A DNA stretch of 64,000 bases from the human T2T-CHM13v2.0 reference genome, Homo sapiens. Below the pieces are notes generated by a model, which worked only from the letters and a program-made list of their open reading frames with translations, ran no database searches and was not told the DNA's origin. Shown here piece after piece: positions 30,101 to 48,136 of this stretch (the first letter of the stretch is position 1; each line of letters begins with the position of its first letter). The DNA lies in assembly GCF_009914755.1 (NCBI RefSeq), contig NC_060940.1, one strand, 5' to 3'. The position numbers and the translations under genes are program-made.

Positions 30101-32186
30101 GAAATGGGCCAAGGGCATAGCCTACCTGTGTTTTTTGTTGTTGTTGTTGTTGTTTTTGGTTTTTTGTTTGTTTGTCAGTTGTGAGACCTCTCTAAACCTC
30201 GATTTCTTCATCCGCCACAGTGAGAATAATCACAATCCCAATCTCATTGGCTTATTGAAAAAATTCAAATAAGATGTGCCAAGTACTAGCGTGATACTTA
30301 TCTATAAGCACTCTGTAAATATTAGTTGGTATTAGATGTTTCCATGATTGACAATGAGACTGAAGAAGCAGAAAGAAGTTGGAGTTTCTCCTACAGGACG
30401 TACATTTACACTTTGCCCACACGGCAGAGACTATGGCAAGTTTCTTTAAATTGAATGAAAGACAGAGCTAATCCAGCCTACAAAATTCAGCAATAAAAGC
30501 TAGTAAATAAGTATTGAGCACCACAAATGTCTGCTGAACTCATGGTGCTGGATATCAGGACGCAAAGATTGAGCTGCCTGCATTGGAGGTAAAGCAGATA
30601 TGTCGACAGCACACGCATGCAAAGATGTGCTGTTCAAACCGAACCTTGATAGCTGTGTGGAAACCTGGAGTGCGGAAGCAGAAGGAAGGGCATCGTGGGG
30701 AAAGGAGTGGCATGGACAAAGGCATGGCATATTCACATGCTACTTAAAGACTCCAGAGATGAGGCTGTGGTATAGAGAGATACCAGAAAAGGGCAGGGAG
30801 TTTGAACAAGATTGCAAAAGGCTTCTAATGTCATTCAAACGATTATAGCTATATCCTACTGTAAATGGGAAACCACCATTATTTAAACATTAAACACAGC
30901 TCTGTTCAACACAGCATTCACAGAGCTGTGACTTGGACAGAAAATGAGTTAAGCTAAAGGAGAGATCGTCAGTGGCAAAGTTCAGGCGTTTTGGAGACAG
31001 GTTGAGACTGACAAGTTGATTCTCGACATTTCTAGCCTGATGGAGAGAAGAGCTGAGGAGCTACCACTTGAATCTAAATTCTGAGCTTGTTAAATAGATT
31101 AATAAACCTCAGTCCATAGGTATTTTCTTTCTTCTGTTCTTGGGCTTCTTAAAGTATCAGACAATCAGTAGTTACTGGGCACATGTTGAATCAAGAGACA
31201 CTTAACTTTATCATGAAGAAAGATTCATCTTTTTAGATTTAACAAATGTTTAATTCTCTAAGATATTTCTTTTCTTTTTGGTATTTTATATGGTAAAGAT
31301 AATTTGCAGAGTGATGATGAATTTAGAGTACTTCTCTTTTTTGTCATTTTAAATTTCTTCATTTTATTTTATATGAAGTACCCTAAAAAGCTAAAGAATG
31401 TTTTCATTTTTGGAAAAAGTTCTTTTCGAGAGCTGTTTATTTTTCTTTATCAGCCAAAAAGTATGATTACTATGTTAATGCAGGTTTTGCTTCATCAAGA
31501 GATTTTCCAGTTATTGAACTTAAATAACATTGTTCTAAACCCCAAATCCTCTAAATTCCTGTTGTCAGTGAAAGAGGTACCTTCTAATTTGGAAAGAATA
31601 TCTAGTTCAGTTCTGATTTCAAACCAGCAGAGAAAAATAAGAAAAATGTTGCTCCTGCCATATGGAGAATGACCATCATTTAAGGAAAGAAAAGTTGGTT
31701 GAGAGTTTTTGGGAAGTAACTGTTTTGTACTTCCTTTAATGTACTCAGTGTCCAGAGCAGGAACTGGGTGGTTAGAACAGCTGCAATATGATTCCACTGG
31801 AAAGCAGTTTGCAGAGAGGCAATCAAAAGCTGCAACACTTAGATTAAGGCAAACTAATGATAGACCATTTCAAGACATGATGACATCTCAAAATGCCTGG
31901 GATCCACATTTCTTTCACTTTTGTTTTAAGAGGTATCTCATTTGCTGTGCCTTTTCATAGGATAAAAGCTTGTTGATCGTATTATTTAGTTGAACACTTT
32001 GGGGTTCTAAAAGCCGTGATCAACCTTATTGGACATATGGCACTATGATGTCACATTCAACAATGAAAGGCACTTCAAGTTATAGGATCAGCTATTGCAT
32101 TGGAGGTCAGGAAACTTTTTTTTTAAAGGGCCAAATAGTAAATCGTATAGACTTTCTTGGCCAACAGGCAAACTTGAAGATATTAT

Positions 32187-34794
<2,608 letters not shown>

Positions 34795-36920
34795 GTGACC
34801 ATTAAAAATTATAAAAAGCATTTTAAAGCTCATGCGTCATCAAAACATAGACAGCAGGCTGGATTTGACCAACGGGCCATAGTTGGCCAGCACTGGTCTA
34901 TTAGATCATTGGCCACAATGCTCAGATAGGAGCAGTTTTATGTACTGACTGCAGCATGTTATCATATGTCTGTATCTGAAGTCCACTCTCAAAATATTAA
35001 CTCACACTTATTAATCATCACCTTGAAGTTTGATTATAGGGACAGAAACTAATCATGGGTGATGGGTCTGATTTCACATTTTGACAGCATAGTTCATTTC
35101 TCCCACCATTAAGAAACAGGCAACCTCAGACAGACACTTGGTAATTAAATCTAGCTCAAAATTTGGTTACAGTAATTTTTAAAAAGCAGTCCAACAGAAA
35201 AAGAGTAAACGAAAAAGTGCCATCTAGACATTGACTAAATATTGGAGGGAACCATCTTGGAATGGCTACTTTCATTATGTTAGAGCCCTGATAGGTGAGA
35301 GGAGAGGGGGCAAGGGGAGACGGAGATGGGAACAGAAGATTTCCCAGATGAGGGGCGCTCCCTGGAGCTGAGTCTTGGAGCCAGATGGACTTGTTCACAC
35401 CAGCATGGACTGAAATAAGGAGAATCAGAGGACCTGGGCTCATACCCTGTCTCTAGAGGCTCCAAAGGAGTCCCTGAGGTAAAACTGAGATTATTCTAGA
35501 GCCACCTGGAAACAAAAAGACACTCTGGACCAGGCTTGGGACATTTTCCTGAAGGTTTCTTCCACCTCTCATTGCCCTTTCTGTCATTCCTGAATTTGAG
35601 AATGGGGCTGTGATAACAAAGAAACTGAAAGAACAGTGTCACCATGTGTCTTACATATCACCATGTGTCAGTCCCTAGAAAACGTACTTTATATGGCATT
35701 TGACTTTGATAGGAATCTAATGAGGTCAGTAAAGTGCCCTGGTTACAGAGATAGAGACCTCAATGTCACTAAGATTTAAACCCCTATCAGCCCATCTCCA
35801 AAGCCCATGCATTTTTTCTCCCACTATACAAATCAATATTATTGATATTTATATGTGTGGTAAGCTTGCAGAATAAATAGATTTTGAACTTTCTTTTTAA
35901 CACAGAAAAGCAAAATACAGTGAAGTTTTGGTGGAACTTTCATTCTCATCAGGGCATAGGCTTCAGTGCCGCATTATCATATGGGCCAGGTGGGCTTTTT
36001 CCAGGTTACTGAGCCCAGTGGCTTCTATAGCTCGGTTTTAGGAGGCTATGGAGAACAGACTCTCTCCTGCCCTTGGGGGGAAATGCAAATCAATACTGGT
36101 CATTTGTTGAGTATTTTGTCAATAAGAATCAAATGGCTTTTTAAAGTACCCCTAGTGTTTTTTGATGCAGAAATTTCTTGTGATCAAATACGTGTGCAAA
36201 GATCCAGCAACAAGGGTTTTTGTCGGATCTTTGTTTAAAGCACCAAATGAAATGGCCAACCAGTGGGGGTTTGTTCAATAAATTATGGTATATTCCTACA
36301 CTGGTATTCTATTAAATCATGTAAAATGATGTGGCAAAATGTTTAATAATATAGAAAGATGTTCACCATGTATCAGCAGGTGGTTTGCAAAATACTCCTT
36401 AAGCTGTGATACTTCTTTGTTTATACACGTAGAGCATCTTGGTCCAAGGTACAAAAGGATTTGTGTGATGTTTTAGGAGTGGTCCTGTTGGGACTATGGT
36501 TGATTTTAACTTTCCCACAGTGCAGTGTCTGAGATGACCGTCTTCAGATCTGGGTTGCTTGAGTCTGAACTTTAACTTCACCTTTCACCAGCCTTGTGCT
36601 AGAGAAACATCATTAGCTTGAACAACCAGTAACCATAATTATGATTTGCATGTCATAAAACATTCTTCTCTCATATCATTGTTAATGCTCCCTGAGAATT
36701 CCCTTATCATAATATGGAGAACAAATCCCTTTTGGTTAAAACTATGCCTTGGTTTCTTCAACTGTAAATCACAGTAATGCCTCTCTCAAAGGGCTGTCAT
36801 GAAGAGCAAATGAATTAATACAGCACATGCTTAGGAGGGTAATAGCTGAGCATGAGCTATTGCTGTTATCTGTATTTTCTAGTTTGGATGCAGTGGCCAC
36901 ATGTTATTTTTGTAATTTAG

Positions 36921-38009
<1,089 letters not shown>

Positions 38010-39215
38010 TAGAGACTGGTTTCTGTATGAGCCAGTTTATTTGTTGACCAAACAGAGGGAGTTGTGCCAGGAATCATGGCCTCCGTTAATATTTTTAAGA
38101 TTGCAGGGGAAGCATTCCAAATGTTTTCAAAGGTGTGTTAAGGTAAGTCTTGTCAAAACATTCCCACTTGAAATAATAAGCATTCTTATTTCTTTAAGTG
38201 ACAGAGACATAGCAATGGCTTTCCTGGCTAAACGTGATCATCACAGACACACTGACCAGCTGTTTAACTTTGCTTCCACAAATTCCAACAGGCAACTTAA
38301 TAGACATTTTGTGGTTATATGTTTCTAAGACAGCCATGGGAAATGAATTTATTTCTACCTTTGTGAAGAACAGCTATAGAAATGACCATTGAAATTCAGT
38401 GAATGGCATTTCTGCTTATGGGCCTTAAAACTGGGAACCAAAATTAAATTCTTTTAGGTATTTTCTCTCCCGTGTCTTCTAAATTGTTGTGTGGGCTGAT
38501 TTTTCTCCATGAAAGACTCTCAGAGTCCTAAATTCAGGTTTTCTGTCTCCTTGGGCTCTAGCATTCTGGAATAAGCAAGAGTCAAGAGACTTCTCCATTC
38601 TTATTTCCTCTGCATGTTAGAATATCTAATAGGTGTGAGACAGTTTATGTTGTGCTCAGCATTGGACAGCCACCATGTAAACAATTACGGCGTTTTTTCA
38701 TCCAGGCATTACATTAGGTCCATAACACTCACAGGAGCTCTGTAAGGCTGAAATTGCCACATCCATTCTACTAGGAGGGTTATGGAGTTCCCAAGGGCTG
38801 ACCTGCCTTTCCTGAGTCACCCACTGGAGAGCCAGGGCATTGGATTTGACCTCATAGCCGCTGCTCTATCCACTCCCTTGGGCTATTAAAGAAAAGCACG
38901 GGACATATTGATGGAAAAAATCTGACAGATGTCTCAAGGACAACTTTATCTTTTATCAGACTCATTTCAGGGATTTCTGTATTCATTGCTCCTGGACTTT
39001 TCACATATTTGGGGAGCTTGATTGAGTTCCCCTCAGCTCTTCCATTAGAAAGCCCATGTGGTACAGTGGCTCAGAGCTTGGGCTTAGGAATTCACAAATG
39101 TGAATCTGTGAATCTGAGCTCTGCATCTTATTACTTGTGTGGCCTTGGGCAAGTCACCTCACCTACCTGAGCCTAGGTTTCTTTGGCTGTAAAATGGAAC
39201 TCATAGCACGGCCTG

Positions 39216-39698
39216 TGTGGAAGACAGAATAATGGCTCCTCCCCTTCAAAGAAGTCCTCATCCTAATTCCCAGAACTTGTAAATATGTTACCTTACAGGG
39301 CAAATGGGACTTTGTAGAAGTGATTAAGTCAAATATATTGAGATTGGAAGATTATTCTGAATTATCCAGATGGGCCTGATACAATCACAGGGTCTTAATA
39401 AGGGGGAGGTGGGAATGGCTGGGTTGGAGATTTAAAGATGCTCTAGTGCTGGCTTTGAAGATGGAGCAAGGGCCCACCATGCAAGGGCTGTGGACAGAGC
39501 TTCTGGCATCTAAAACAAAAAAGGAAAAAAAAAGGCAAGGAGAGAAATTCAGAAGGATTGCAGCTCTGCCCACACCTTGATTTTAGCCCACTGAGACCCA
39601 CTTTGGACTCCTGTCCTGAAGTGTAAGAGAATAAAGTCACATGGTTAAGTCACTAAGGACATGGCAGTTTGTTACAGCAGCAATAGGAAATGGATGTA
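39216..39698 (+). mobile_element. MLT1D-like MaLR LTR
   Basis: tgtgg...cagaataatggc...aatatgttaccttaca...ttgttacagcagcaataggaaa. Confidence 0.8.
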
Positions 39699-39719
39699 AC
39701 CTTTTTTATATGGTTTGTG

Positions 39720-39858
39720 GGCTTGAAAGAGATGACGTGTTAAATACAGTAGCTTTTGACCTTGAAAGAGACGATGTGTGAAATACATTAGTTTTGGGGG
39801 CTTGAAAGAGATGACAGGTGAAGTACATTAACTCTTGGGCATGAAATACATTAGCTTC
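39720..39858. repeat. Degenerate 39-40-bp tandem repeat, three units plus a partial one
   Basis: Units cttgaaagaga(t/c)ga...aa(a/g)taca(g/t)ta start at about 39720, 39759 and 39799. Confidence 0.85.
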
Positions 39859-40772
39859 ATGGCCGTTAGCATTGGCCATGAAGAGCTCTTGACCAATAGT
39901 AGCTGGTGTTACCAATAATAAAATAATGGTGAGACTTGAGATGACACAGGAGTGTTCTAACAGAGGCACAGTCCACTTGACCAGATCTTTCTCAGGCATC
40001 TCCATCGACAGTGGGATCTCCCTAGAAGGCTGGGTGGCTGCCATCCCACCCAACCAGCCTGCCTGAGTTGGTAAAAGTGCATGAAAGTGTTCCTCTCAGG
40101 GGGTGGCCTTCCATTGGCCCTCACAAGGGCACAGCGGAGCTCGTTGGTTATGCTTCAGTTACATAAATCCAGCCTTACAAAGGCTACACAGGGAGAGGGG
40201 CTCCTTGCCTCCTAGATCTGTACCTTGTAGGTGCTCAATACACATTGGTAAGAATGTTCACATCATCAGGTAAGCAAGGGGTATAAAGTGAGGCCTTGAA
40301 TCGCTCACGTAGATTCAAGTAGTGTTGAGAAACTAAGAAGTGGTGAATTGTACCCTTTTTTCCCCTCCCAAATTAGAACTCCTAAGAAATACAGGACAAC
40401 TGGAGACCAAACCGTAGGTTTCATTACCTATGAAGCTGATTAGGAAAGCTTTGAGTTTGTACCCAAATAAATTTGCTAATACTTTTACCTAAATTAGAGA
40501 GATTCGGATGGGGTGGGATAACAACACGCCACATCTACCTGGGTGGAGCCCATCTCAGGATGCCTCTGCCCAGGAGGAGGGGCAGTGAGAAGGAGGCCGG
40601 AAGGGGAAGAGAAACAGGAGAGGGAAAGGAGGAAAGGAGACATAGCTAGGGAGATGCCACTCAGCAATCAGAAACCTCCATTCCTTTTCCTGGGGTGGAG
40701 TGGAGGAAAAGGGAAGGGGCAGGGAGGCTCCTAGCCCACAAGCCACTTTTGTGCAATAGGAAAAGATGCTTG

Positions 40773-41270
40773 ACCAGTGACGATGAGCTTTTTTCCAAAT
40801 GTTTTTTGGCCACAGAAGTGTCTTGAGAAGTGTCTGTTCATATCCTTCGCCTGCTTTTTAATGGGGTTGTTTGTTTTTTTTCTTGTAAATTTGTTTAAGT
40901 TCCTTGTAAATTCTAGATATAAGACCTTTGCCAGATGGGTAGATTGCAAAAATTTTCTCCCATTCTATAGGTTGCCTGTTCATTCTGATGATAGTTTCTT
41001 TTGCTGTGCAGAAGCTCTTTAGTTTAATTAGATCCCCATAGTCAATTTTGGCTTTTGTTGCAATTGCTTTTGGTGTTTTAGTTGGGGGGTGGGGGGCAAG
41101 GGAAGGGACAGCATTAGGACAGATGCCCAATGCATGTGGGGCTTAAAACCTAAAATATGGGTTGATGGGTGCAGCAAACCACCATGGCACATGTATACCT
41201 ATGTAACAAACCTGCACAGTCTGCATATGTATCCCAGAAGTTAAGGTAAAATTTAAAAAAAGGAAATAAA
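40773..41270 (+). mobile_element. 5'-inverted L1PA7/8-like insertion
   Basis: Antisense ORF2 piece 40773-41081 joined to sense 3'UTR and poly-A 41082-41270; TSD aaaagatgc. Confidence 0.88.
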
Positions 41271-42659
41271 AGATGCCCGTTCCTCTGAATGGACATAGCC
41301 CATGCCAAGGGTAAGGCTTGGTGAGTGGAACAGGCTGGATTTTAATCCTCAGGTTGCTGCACCCTTGGTGAAGCACAGGGCACTAGAGAAGAGTGTTCAC
41401 AACCTCCAGCCCCTCCACAAAGAAGCCTGATTCTGGAAAGACAGAGGTTCCAACCTCACCCTTACTTCTCTTCCGAAGATCTGCTGTGCATGAAGCATTT
41501 TGGAGGTATTTCTTGAGCTCAGAACACAGCAACTTTCCTATGAAAGAGAGCACAAAGGGTTAATGCCACCAGAAGACACTCAGCCTGTCCAGTGTCGCTA
41601 CCACTGGGACGGGCAATGGGAGGCATCTGAGGCTTTGCTGACAACTTCTTCTGCTGTGAGGGTGGAAAGCAGGCCAGATCTTTATGACCTGGACTTCACG
41701 TTTTGGGATTCTAGCAAGATGGGACCCACTCCGGGTGCTGTGCCCATTCTCAGTGCCAGTGGGGCTGATATGGGGTCATGGCAGGTAGCGGGAGATAACA
41801 GCCTCATCCTCAACACTAGACATCCAGACAGAGTGGCTCAGGCCCTGTAAGCAACTGGTGTTAGGGCAGATAATGAGATTTTCTGGTGTCTGCTTGGTGA
41901 CAAGAGTAGTGGCTTCAAGGAATTTTTTTAAAAAATAACATTTGTTTATAGTTGTGTTTTTTAAAGTAGAAAATATATTCATACGAGCAAGTAATTAGTG
42001 TCCTGCCAGGTAAGTCTCATGGTGACATGTCAACGTAATTATTTTTTAAAGTCTGCCTCAAATAAAGCATCAAAATTTCCTGCTTTAAATCTCCTTTCTC
42101 TGTAAAAATGGTTAAGAGGAGTGAAAAGAGAGGATGGGAGGGGTCTGAGAGCATTGATGCCTCATCATAGTCAGCCAGCTGTGGCACCACCTCTGTCTTT
42201 GCCTGTCACTCTCATACAAAGGATGTGCATAGGAAATGTGATCCTACCCATCCTCAAATTCTAGATTTGGACTTGAATTTGGTGCTCTTATTTCCACATT
42301 AAGTTAAAATCTAGCCTCCAGATCCCCAGGCTTCCCCTCCCATTGTACCCAGAAGAAACAAGAATTGTTTCTCAGTTCTAACTGTCATAATGCCTAGCGG
42401 GCGTTAGCCTACAACGAAGGATAATTCAATGTATCCTCACCTTAGTGTACGCTGGACAACACTAGGACTCAGAAGTGCTTTGCTCTTGATCTTGAAAGGC
42501 CAGTGGAAATCCATGCAGATTCCTCCCCCAGGACCCTCCCAGCCAGCCTGATAATGAATTCATGGGAAACAGCCTACATGTGAGCACCAAAGGGAACACA
42601 TTTAGTAAACTCTGCCAAAGGAGCACAGTTCTTGTAAAGCTGATGAGGTTTGTGATTAA

Positions 42660-42940
<281 letters not shown>

Positions 42941-43695
42941 TAACCCAGTTTAAAGAGATCCAGGAAGCAGATTGTGAGCTGCAGATATGATGTGATTATT
43001 AAAAGCAGCCTCCATTGCCAACATTGCAAACGCATCAGCATATTCCTTCCTTCAACATTCCATAACGTGGTGGTGGTATTCCCACCTTACCCCGGGAGAA
43101 GCTGAGAGTCACAGGGAGCATTTACTTTCCAAGTTCACACATTCAGGGAATGGGTAGAAGTGGAATTCACACCCAGGTCAGTGTAAGACCAAAGAGGCTG
43201 TCAGAATGGTTTGCTGTTCCACTCATGGCGAACAGGATTTGAAGTTGTTCCAGTCCAAGGGAGACCATCAGGCCATGCAGGAATAAAAAGGCCAAGGGGA
43301 GGAAAGAAGATGCTGTCTTCATTAAGGCCTGAAGGAAAAGGCTGGTCAGAGTGAAGAGTATAGACAAGCTCCTCTGTATCCTCTCAAAGATTTGGAGCCA
43401 CTGATCTCTCTGGGGGTTGGGGAATGGGGCAGTTCCTGGGAAAGGGACTTATTGGTGGGAATCCAGTTCTGCTATGAATGCTCCTGACTCCTGCACTCAA
43501 ATCCCAACAGATGAAAGGGAGGAGAGACTGACAGATGCAGTGCCTTCCTTTATGTAACCTCCTTGATCCAAACTACAGTCTGACCCATGCTTTCTGGCTT
43601 TATATTGTACCACTACGTTCCTAACTCACCCTCGTTCCAATGGCATCAGCATTTTCTCTTCCCTCAAAGATAATGCACTTCTGACTTTTGCATAT

Positions 43696-44184
43696 TATGG
43701 TAGCCAGCCCCCAGGAGGGCTCCCAGTGATTCTCACCTCATGGTACCCATGCTCCTGCGTGGTCCCCTCCCACATCGAATAGGAATGACTTGTGTAGCCA
43801 AATAGGACATGGCAGAAATGACTTTGTGTGAATTCTGAGCCTTGTTTATTCTTGTCCTTTCTTGCTACAGGCAAAGCCAAATGCCGTGTTGTAGGGAAGC
43901 TCAAGTAGCTTCATGGAGAAATCCACATGGCAAGGAACTGAGGCCACCTACTAATAGGCAGCATCAATTCTTTAGCAGTATGTGTGAGCCACCTTGGAAG
44001 TAGACCTTCTAGCCCCCATCAAGCTTTTAGATAACTGTAGCCTCACCAACATCCTGACTGAACTACACAGCTGAGCGGCTTCCATATCTCCAAGCCACAA
44101 ACACTGTGTGCAATCATAAATGTTTTTAGTTGCTTTAAAGCACTAAGTTTGGGGTAATTTTATTCAGCATTAGATAACTAATAC
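43696..44184 (+). mobile_element. MLT1F-like MaLR LTR
   Basis: tggtagccagcc...gtcccctcccacat...agataactaataca terminus. Confidence 0.75.
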
Positions 44185-44754
44185 ACAAAGTCTGTTTCAC
44201 CAGCTAAAATTGCTGCTCATTTCTCTGTTACCCCCCAAACCTGGTGTGAGCAGCCCCTCCTCTGTGGACTTTTTCTGGTCTTCTTTGCATGACTCAATCC
44301 CTCTTTCTTCATTTTCTCACACAGATTGTTTAGCATTCTATTAATGCCACTGTCACAAGGAAAAGCAATACTTTTATTACAGTCTCTCTCCTCTGTCAAT
44401 TCTAGGCTTCTTGAGAAAGTTTGTAATGTATGCATTCTTCAAAGAGGTATTGTTATTAATAGAGGCTCAGAAGATGGCTGAATGAATGAAGAGTGTGTGT
44501 TAGAACCTGGGGAAATTTAAACCAAATACATTTAAAGCCAGTGACATTTTCAAAGCATATTTGGCTAGAAAGACTAAGTTCTTTAAAGTAGTTTAGAAGC
44601 AGTATTAATGGTACACAGTCTTTGTCCCATTCTTAACAGTACAATAATGATAATTGGTTGCTACTCTGGAAACAAATTAAAGAGCCCAGGAAACGTTTCC
44701 AAAGGTGACTGGAATGCTTAACTGAGCTAGACTGTTAATATCTAATGCTAGCCT

Positions 44755-44793
44755 TCCTGTGGGCATAGCACCCTGAATTGCCTGATCTCATCT
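44755..44793 (+). pseudogene. Degenerate 5S rRNA 5' fragment (about 39 nt)
   Basis: cctgtgggcatagcaccctgaattgcctgatctcatct versus 5S TCTACGGCCATACCACCCTGAACGCGCCCGATCTCGTCT; many differences are CpG decay. Confidence 0.55.
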
Positions 44794-44883
44794 AATGGCA
44801 CATGCTCAGACATCCTTGGTTTTAAATAAAAATTGTCTTATCACTTAGTTTAAAAATGTTTTGCTTAGTAAAAAATTTATGAG

Positions 44884-45326
<443 letters not shown>

Positions 45327-45468
45327 TTAATAAATGTGGAGTCTGCCAAATCAGGTCGGCAGTTTACTTCTCCTGTCCCCGGTTCAATAACTCACTTACT
45401 GGGGTTCTGGAGGATAGCAGTGAGAAGATGGGGTAAAAAATTAGAGAGAAGTTTTGCGTTGCCCCATG

Positions 45469-45531
45469 GCTGCTTCTGTAGTGTAGTCCGTGCATCCGCC
45501 CTTCGATGCTTGGGTTGGATCATAGAGCAGT
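45469..45531 (+). ncRNA. MIR3182: Annotated mir-3182 hairpin (mature GCTTCTGTAGTGTAGTC at 45472-45488)
   Basis: GCTGCTTCTGTAGTGTAGTCC...GGATCATAGAGCAGT matches the recalled hsa-mir-3182 stem-loop; weak terminal stem CTGCT/AGCAG. Confidence 0.85.
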
Positions 45532-45534
45532 GAC

Positions 45535-45919
45535 TGTTGATGGCTCACCCAGATCCCCAGGAACCCACCACTCCCATACAGGCTTTCAACCTGTTAATCC
45601 CTGCAGCTGCCTGCCTGGACTTTCCTCTGACCATGGGAGTGTGCTCAGTCTTACTGCCCAGGGAACAGCCATCAGCCTTTGAGTGGCAAGAGTTGGTAGA
45701 TTACCATCCCTTCTTGACCCTTGGAATAGGACAACTTCGAGATATGTTCTCCCGAGTCTCCCAGATGACCCCAGTGAGTTTGAACACCAGTTGTCCACAG
45801 AGATAATCTGCCCATTGCCACCTGTGTATTGACTCTTTTACATATTCTGTCTCACTTCTCTTTCTCCCTCACTTGTGCTTCTTAAGATTGTATCCTGAAT
45901 AAGCTATTTGCACTCAAAT
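45535..45919 (+). mobile_element. LTR16-like ERVL LTR
   Basis: ctgtctcacttc...cttgtgcttc...aataagctatttgcactcaaat LTR16-type 3' region. Confidence 0.6.
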
Positions 45920-46472
45920 AGGCAGAGAGCTAGCTGGATCCATTATTCTCTCTTGTCTTCTATATTTTAGATATCTTGTAACAGGCACAAGGTACCGTGT
46001 AGAGCTGAGGTGTAATGACCCAGCTGATCTGTTTGTACTTTCTCATGCTGCTAATGGGTACCTGGAGTTGAGAATTTATGCATAGGTGTGTACATGCCAT
46101 CACAGCTCTGTGTGCATGAGTGCCTGTGGGGTCTGCATAGCATGCACACATCACAGAAACCCTCTGCCCTCCCTTCTCATTCCTCTATTTGAAGCCAAGT
46201 TTCCATAATCCCTCTACTCAACCCCCTTCTTCCCCAGCCCCCAGGGGCTTCCCATACTTAGGGTCACCCTTTCTTACCTCAGAGTTTCAAAGATGTAAGA
46301 GCTGATGCCCACCTTGATGGTATTCACAAAGTATAGCAGGGAGGCGGCCATGGAAATGACTCTTTACAGCAGGATGATATGTGGAACATGCCATGGCCAG
46401 GGAAGTAACTTTGTCTCAAGGGGATCAGGAAGATGCCCAGGTATGGGATAACTTGAGCAAAAGATTTTTGAG

Positions 46473-46701
46473 CACTGATCTGCAGATTTTACTCTCTGTA
46501 AAGGGCCAGATAGTAAGTATTTTAGGCTTTGTGGGCCATATGGTGGCTGCTGCAACTGTGCAGCTTTACTTTTTTGTAGCACAAAAGCAAGCATAGATAC
46601 CACATAAATGAATGAGCATGGCTGTGTTCCAATAAAACTTTATTTACAAAAGCAGATGGTGGGCCAGATTTGTCCCATTAGCTGTGGTTTGCTGACCTCT
46701 G
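46473..46701 (+). mobile_element. MER58A (hAT-Charlie)
   Basis: ctgtaaagggccagatagtaa...ggctgtgttccaataaaactttatttacaaaa...gtttgctgacctctg. Confidence 0.85.
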
Positions 46702-48136
46702 ATTTAAAGAGTGGGAAGTAGATTTCTGGAAAGGGAGAAAGGAAGACTATTTCTAGCAGAGAGAAGAAAACATATAAAGGCAAAGAGTGGGAAACCAGAG
46801 GGAATAAGACAAATTTGATTTACCAAAAAGTCCTTTTTGGTGGTAGTAAAAAATACTAATAATAAAAACTAAGTTTTATTAAAGCCTTATTATGAGTCAA
46901 GCATTGGGCTAAATATTTTGTGGATTCTCATTTAATTATTACTCTCTCTGAGTTTGGAGGACCTTGTTTTCCTCATGGCACACACGAGGAGTAAATTAAG
47001 CTCAGAGAGGGTAGATGACTGGCTCAAGGTCACACAGCTCCCAGCTGGCCAGGTGGCAAGACCCCGGACAGAGGATTGGGAGCATGGTATTGTAGCCAGC
47101 GTACCTCCTTGTGTCTATCATTAGCCCTGCTTTAATGGACTTTTTCAGAAGTGTTTTTGCTTGTGTTTTACAAGTGGAATGTGATTCCTTGACTCAGCCC
47201 AGTAGCCCTGTGAATGGATGGCTGAAACGAGTCTGACGGCTTTTTCTCCTGGGGCCATTTTGTAAGAAATAAAAGTAAAACAGTGAGATATTTAAATTCT
47301 TCAGGGATATTATTTTCGAGTGGATAAAGTGAAGAACATTTTTTATTCATATTAGAAGTGATAGTTGGATGTGTGTAATTTTTTTGCTCTCCGAGATGGA
47401 GAGAGAACACAGCACAGATCTTAGAATGTAAAATATGAATTTAGATGACATTTTGAGAAAACTGATAAACACCACCATTCCACAATTGGACTTAACTTGC
47501 CTGTGAAAATCCTTCTGCAGCCCACAAAATGATAGAGATAGGTGGACTACGTCTAATGGATATTAAAAATACACAACACACCAATGAAGGAATAATTTTC
47601 TTTTGCAAAGTTTTCATTTCTCAAAATGCTACCAGGAAAAGAGAGATACCTTGACAGCTGACAGTAACCCTGGGAATAAGGATATGTTAGAAGAGAAGGG
47701 CTGCAGTAGTTGTGAAATCCTACCTGGAATCTACCCCTGGACAGGAGACCCAGGGATCAAGACTCAAAGCTGATGCTCTCAACACCAATGTTTCATCTCC
47801 AGTGTACCACGAGGTCCTTGTCCACCTACTTCTAGATAGAGCCAAACTGTCTAAGCCAAACGGGGTTTGGGTTTCTTTCACCACCCACCTGTGCACATGA
47901 TTAGTTTGAAAAAGTATGTCTTAAAGAAAAATAAATGCAGACAACTAAGTGAGAACAGTTACATGTACTAAAGGTCTTTCAGAAAATCAGTAATGTAGGT
48001 CAGTGCATTTCAGGATTTGGAATTTCACACAAAATTTACCCTTGAAAACTTTAGACTGAGAGAAGACTACCATGCCTATTCTGTCATGTAAGGACATCTA
48101 AAGAAGAACTGCACACATTGGTATTACCATCTTCCC

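Noticed and set aside
39720-39858. Possible CRISPR-like array
   Set aside because: Eukaryotic DNA, contiguous degenerate units without spacers and no cas genes.
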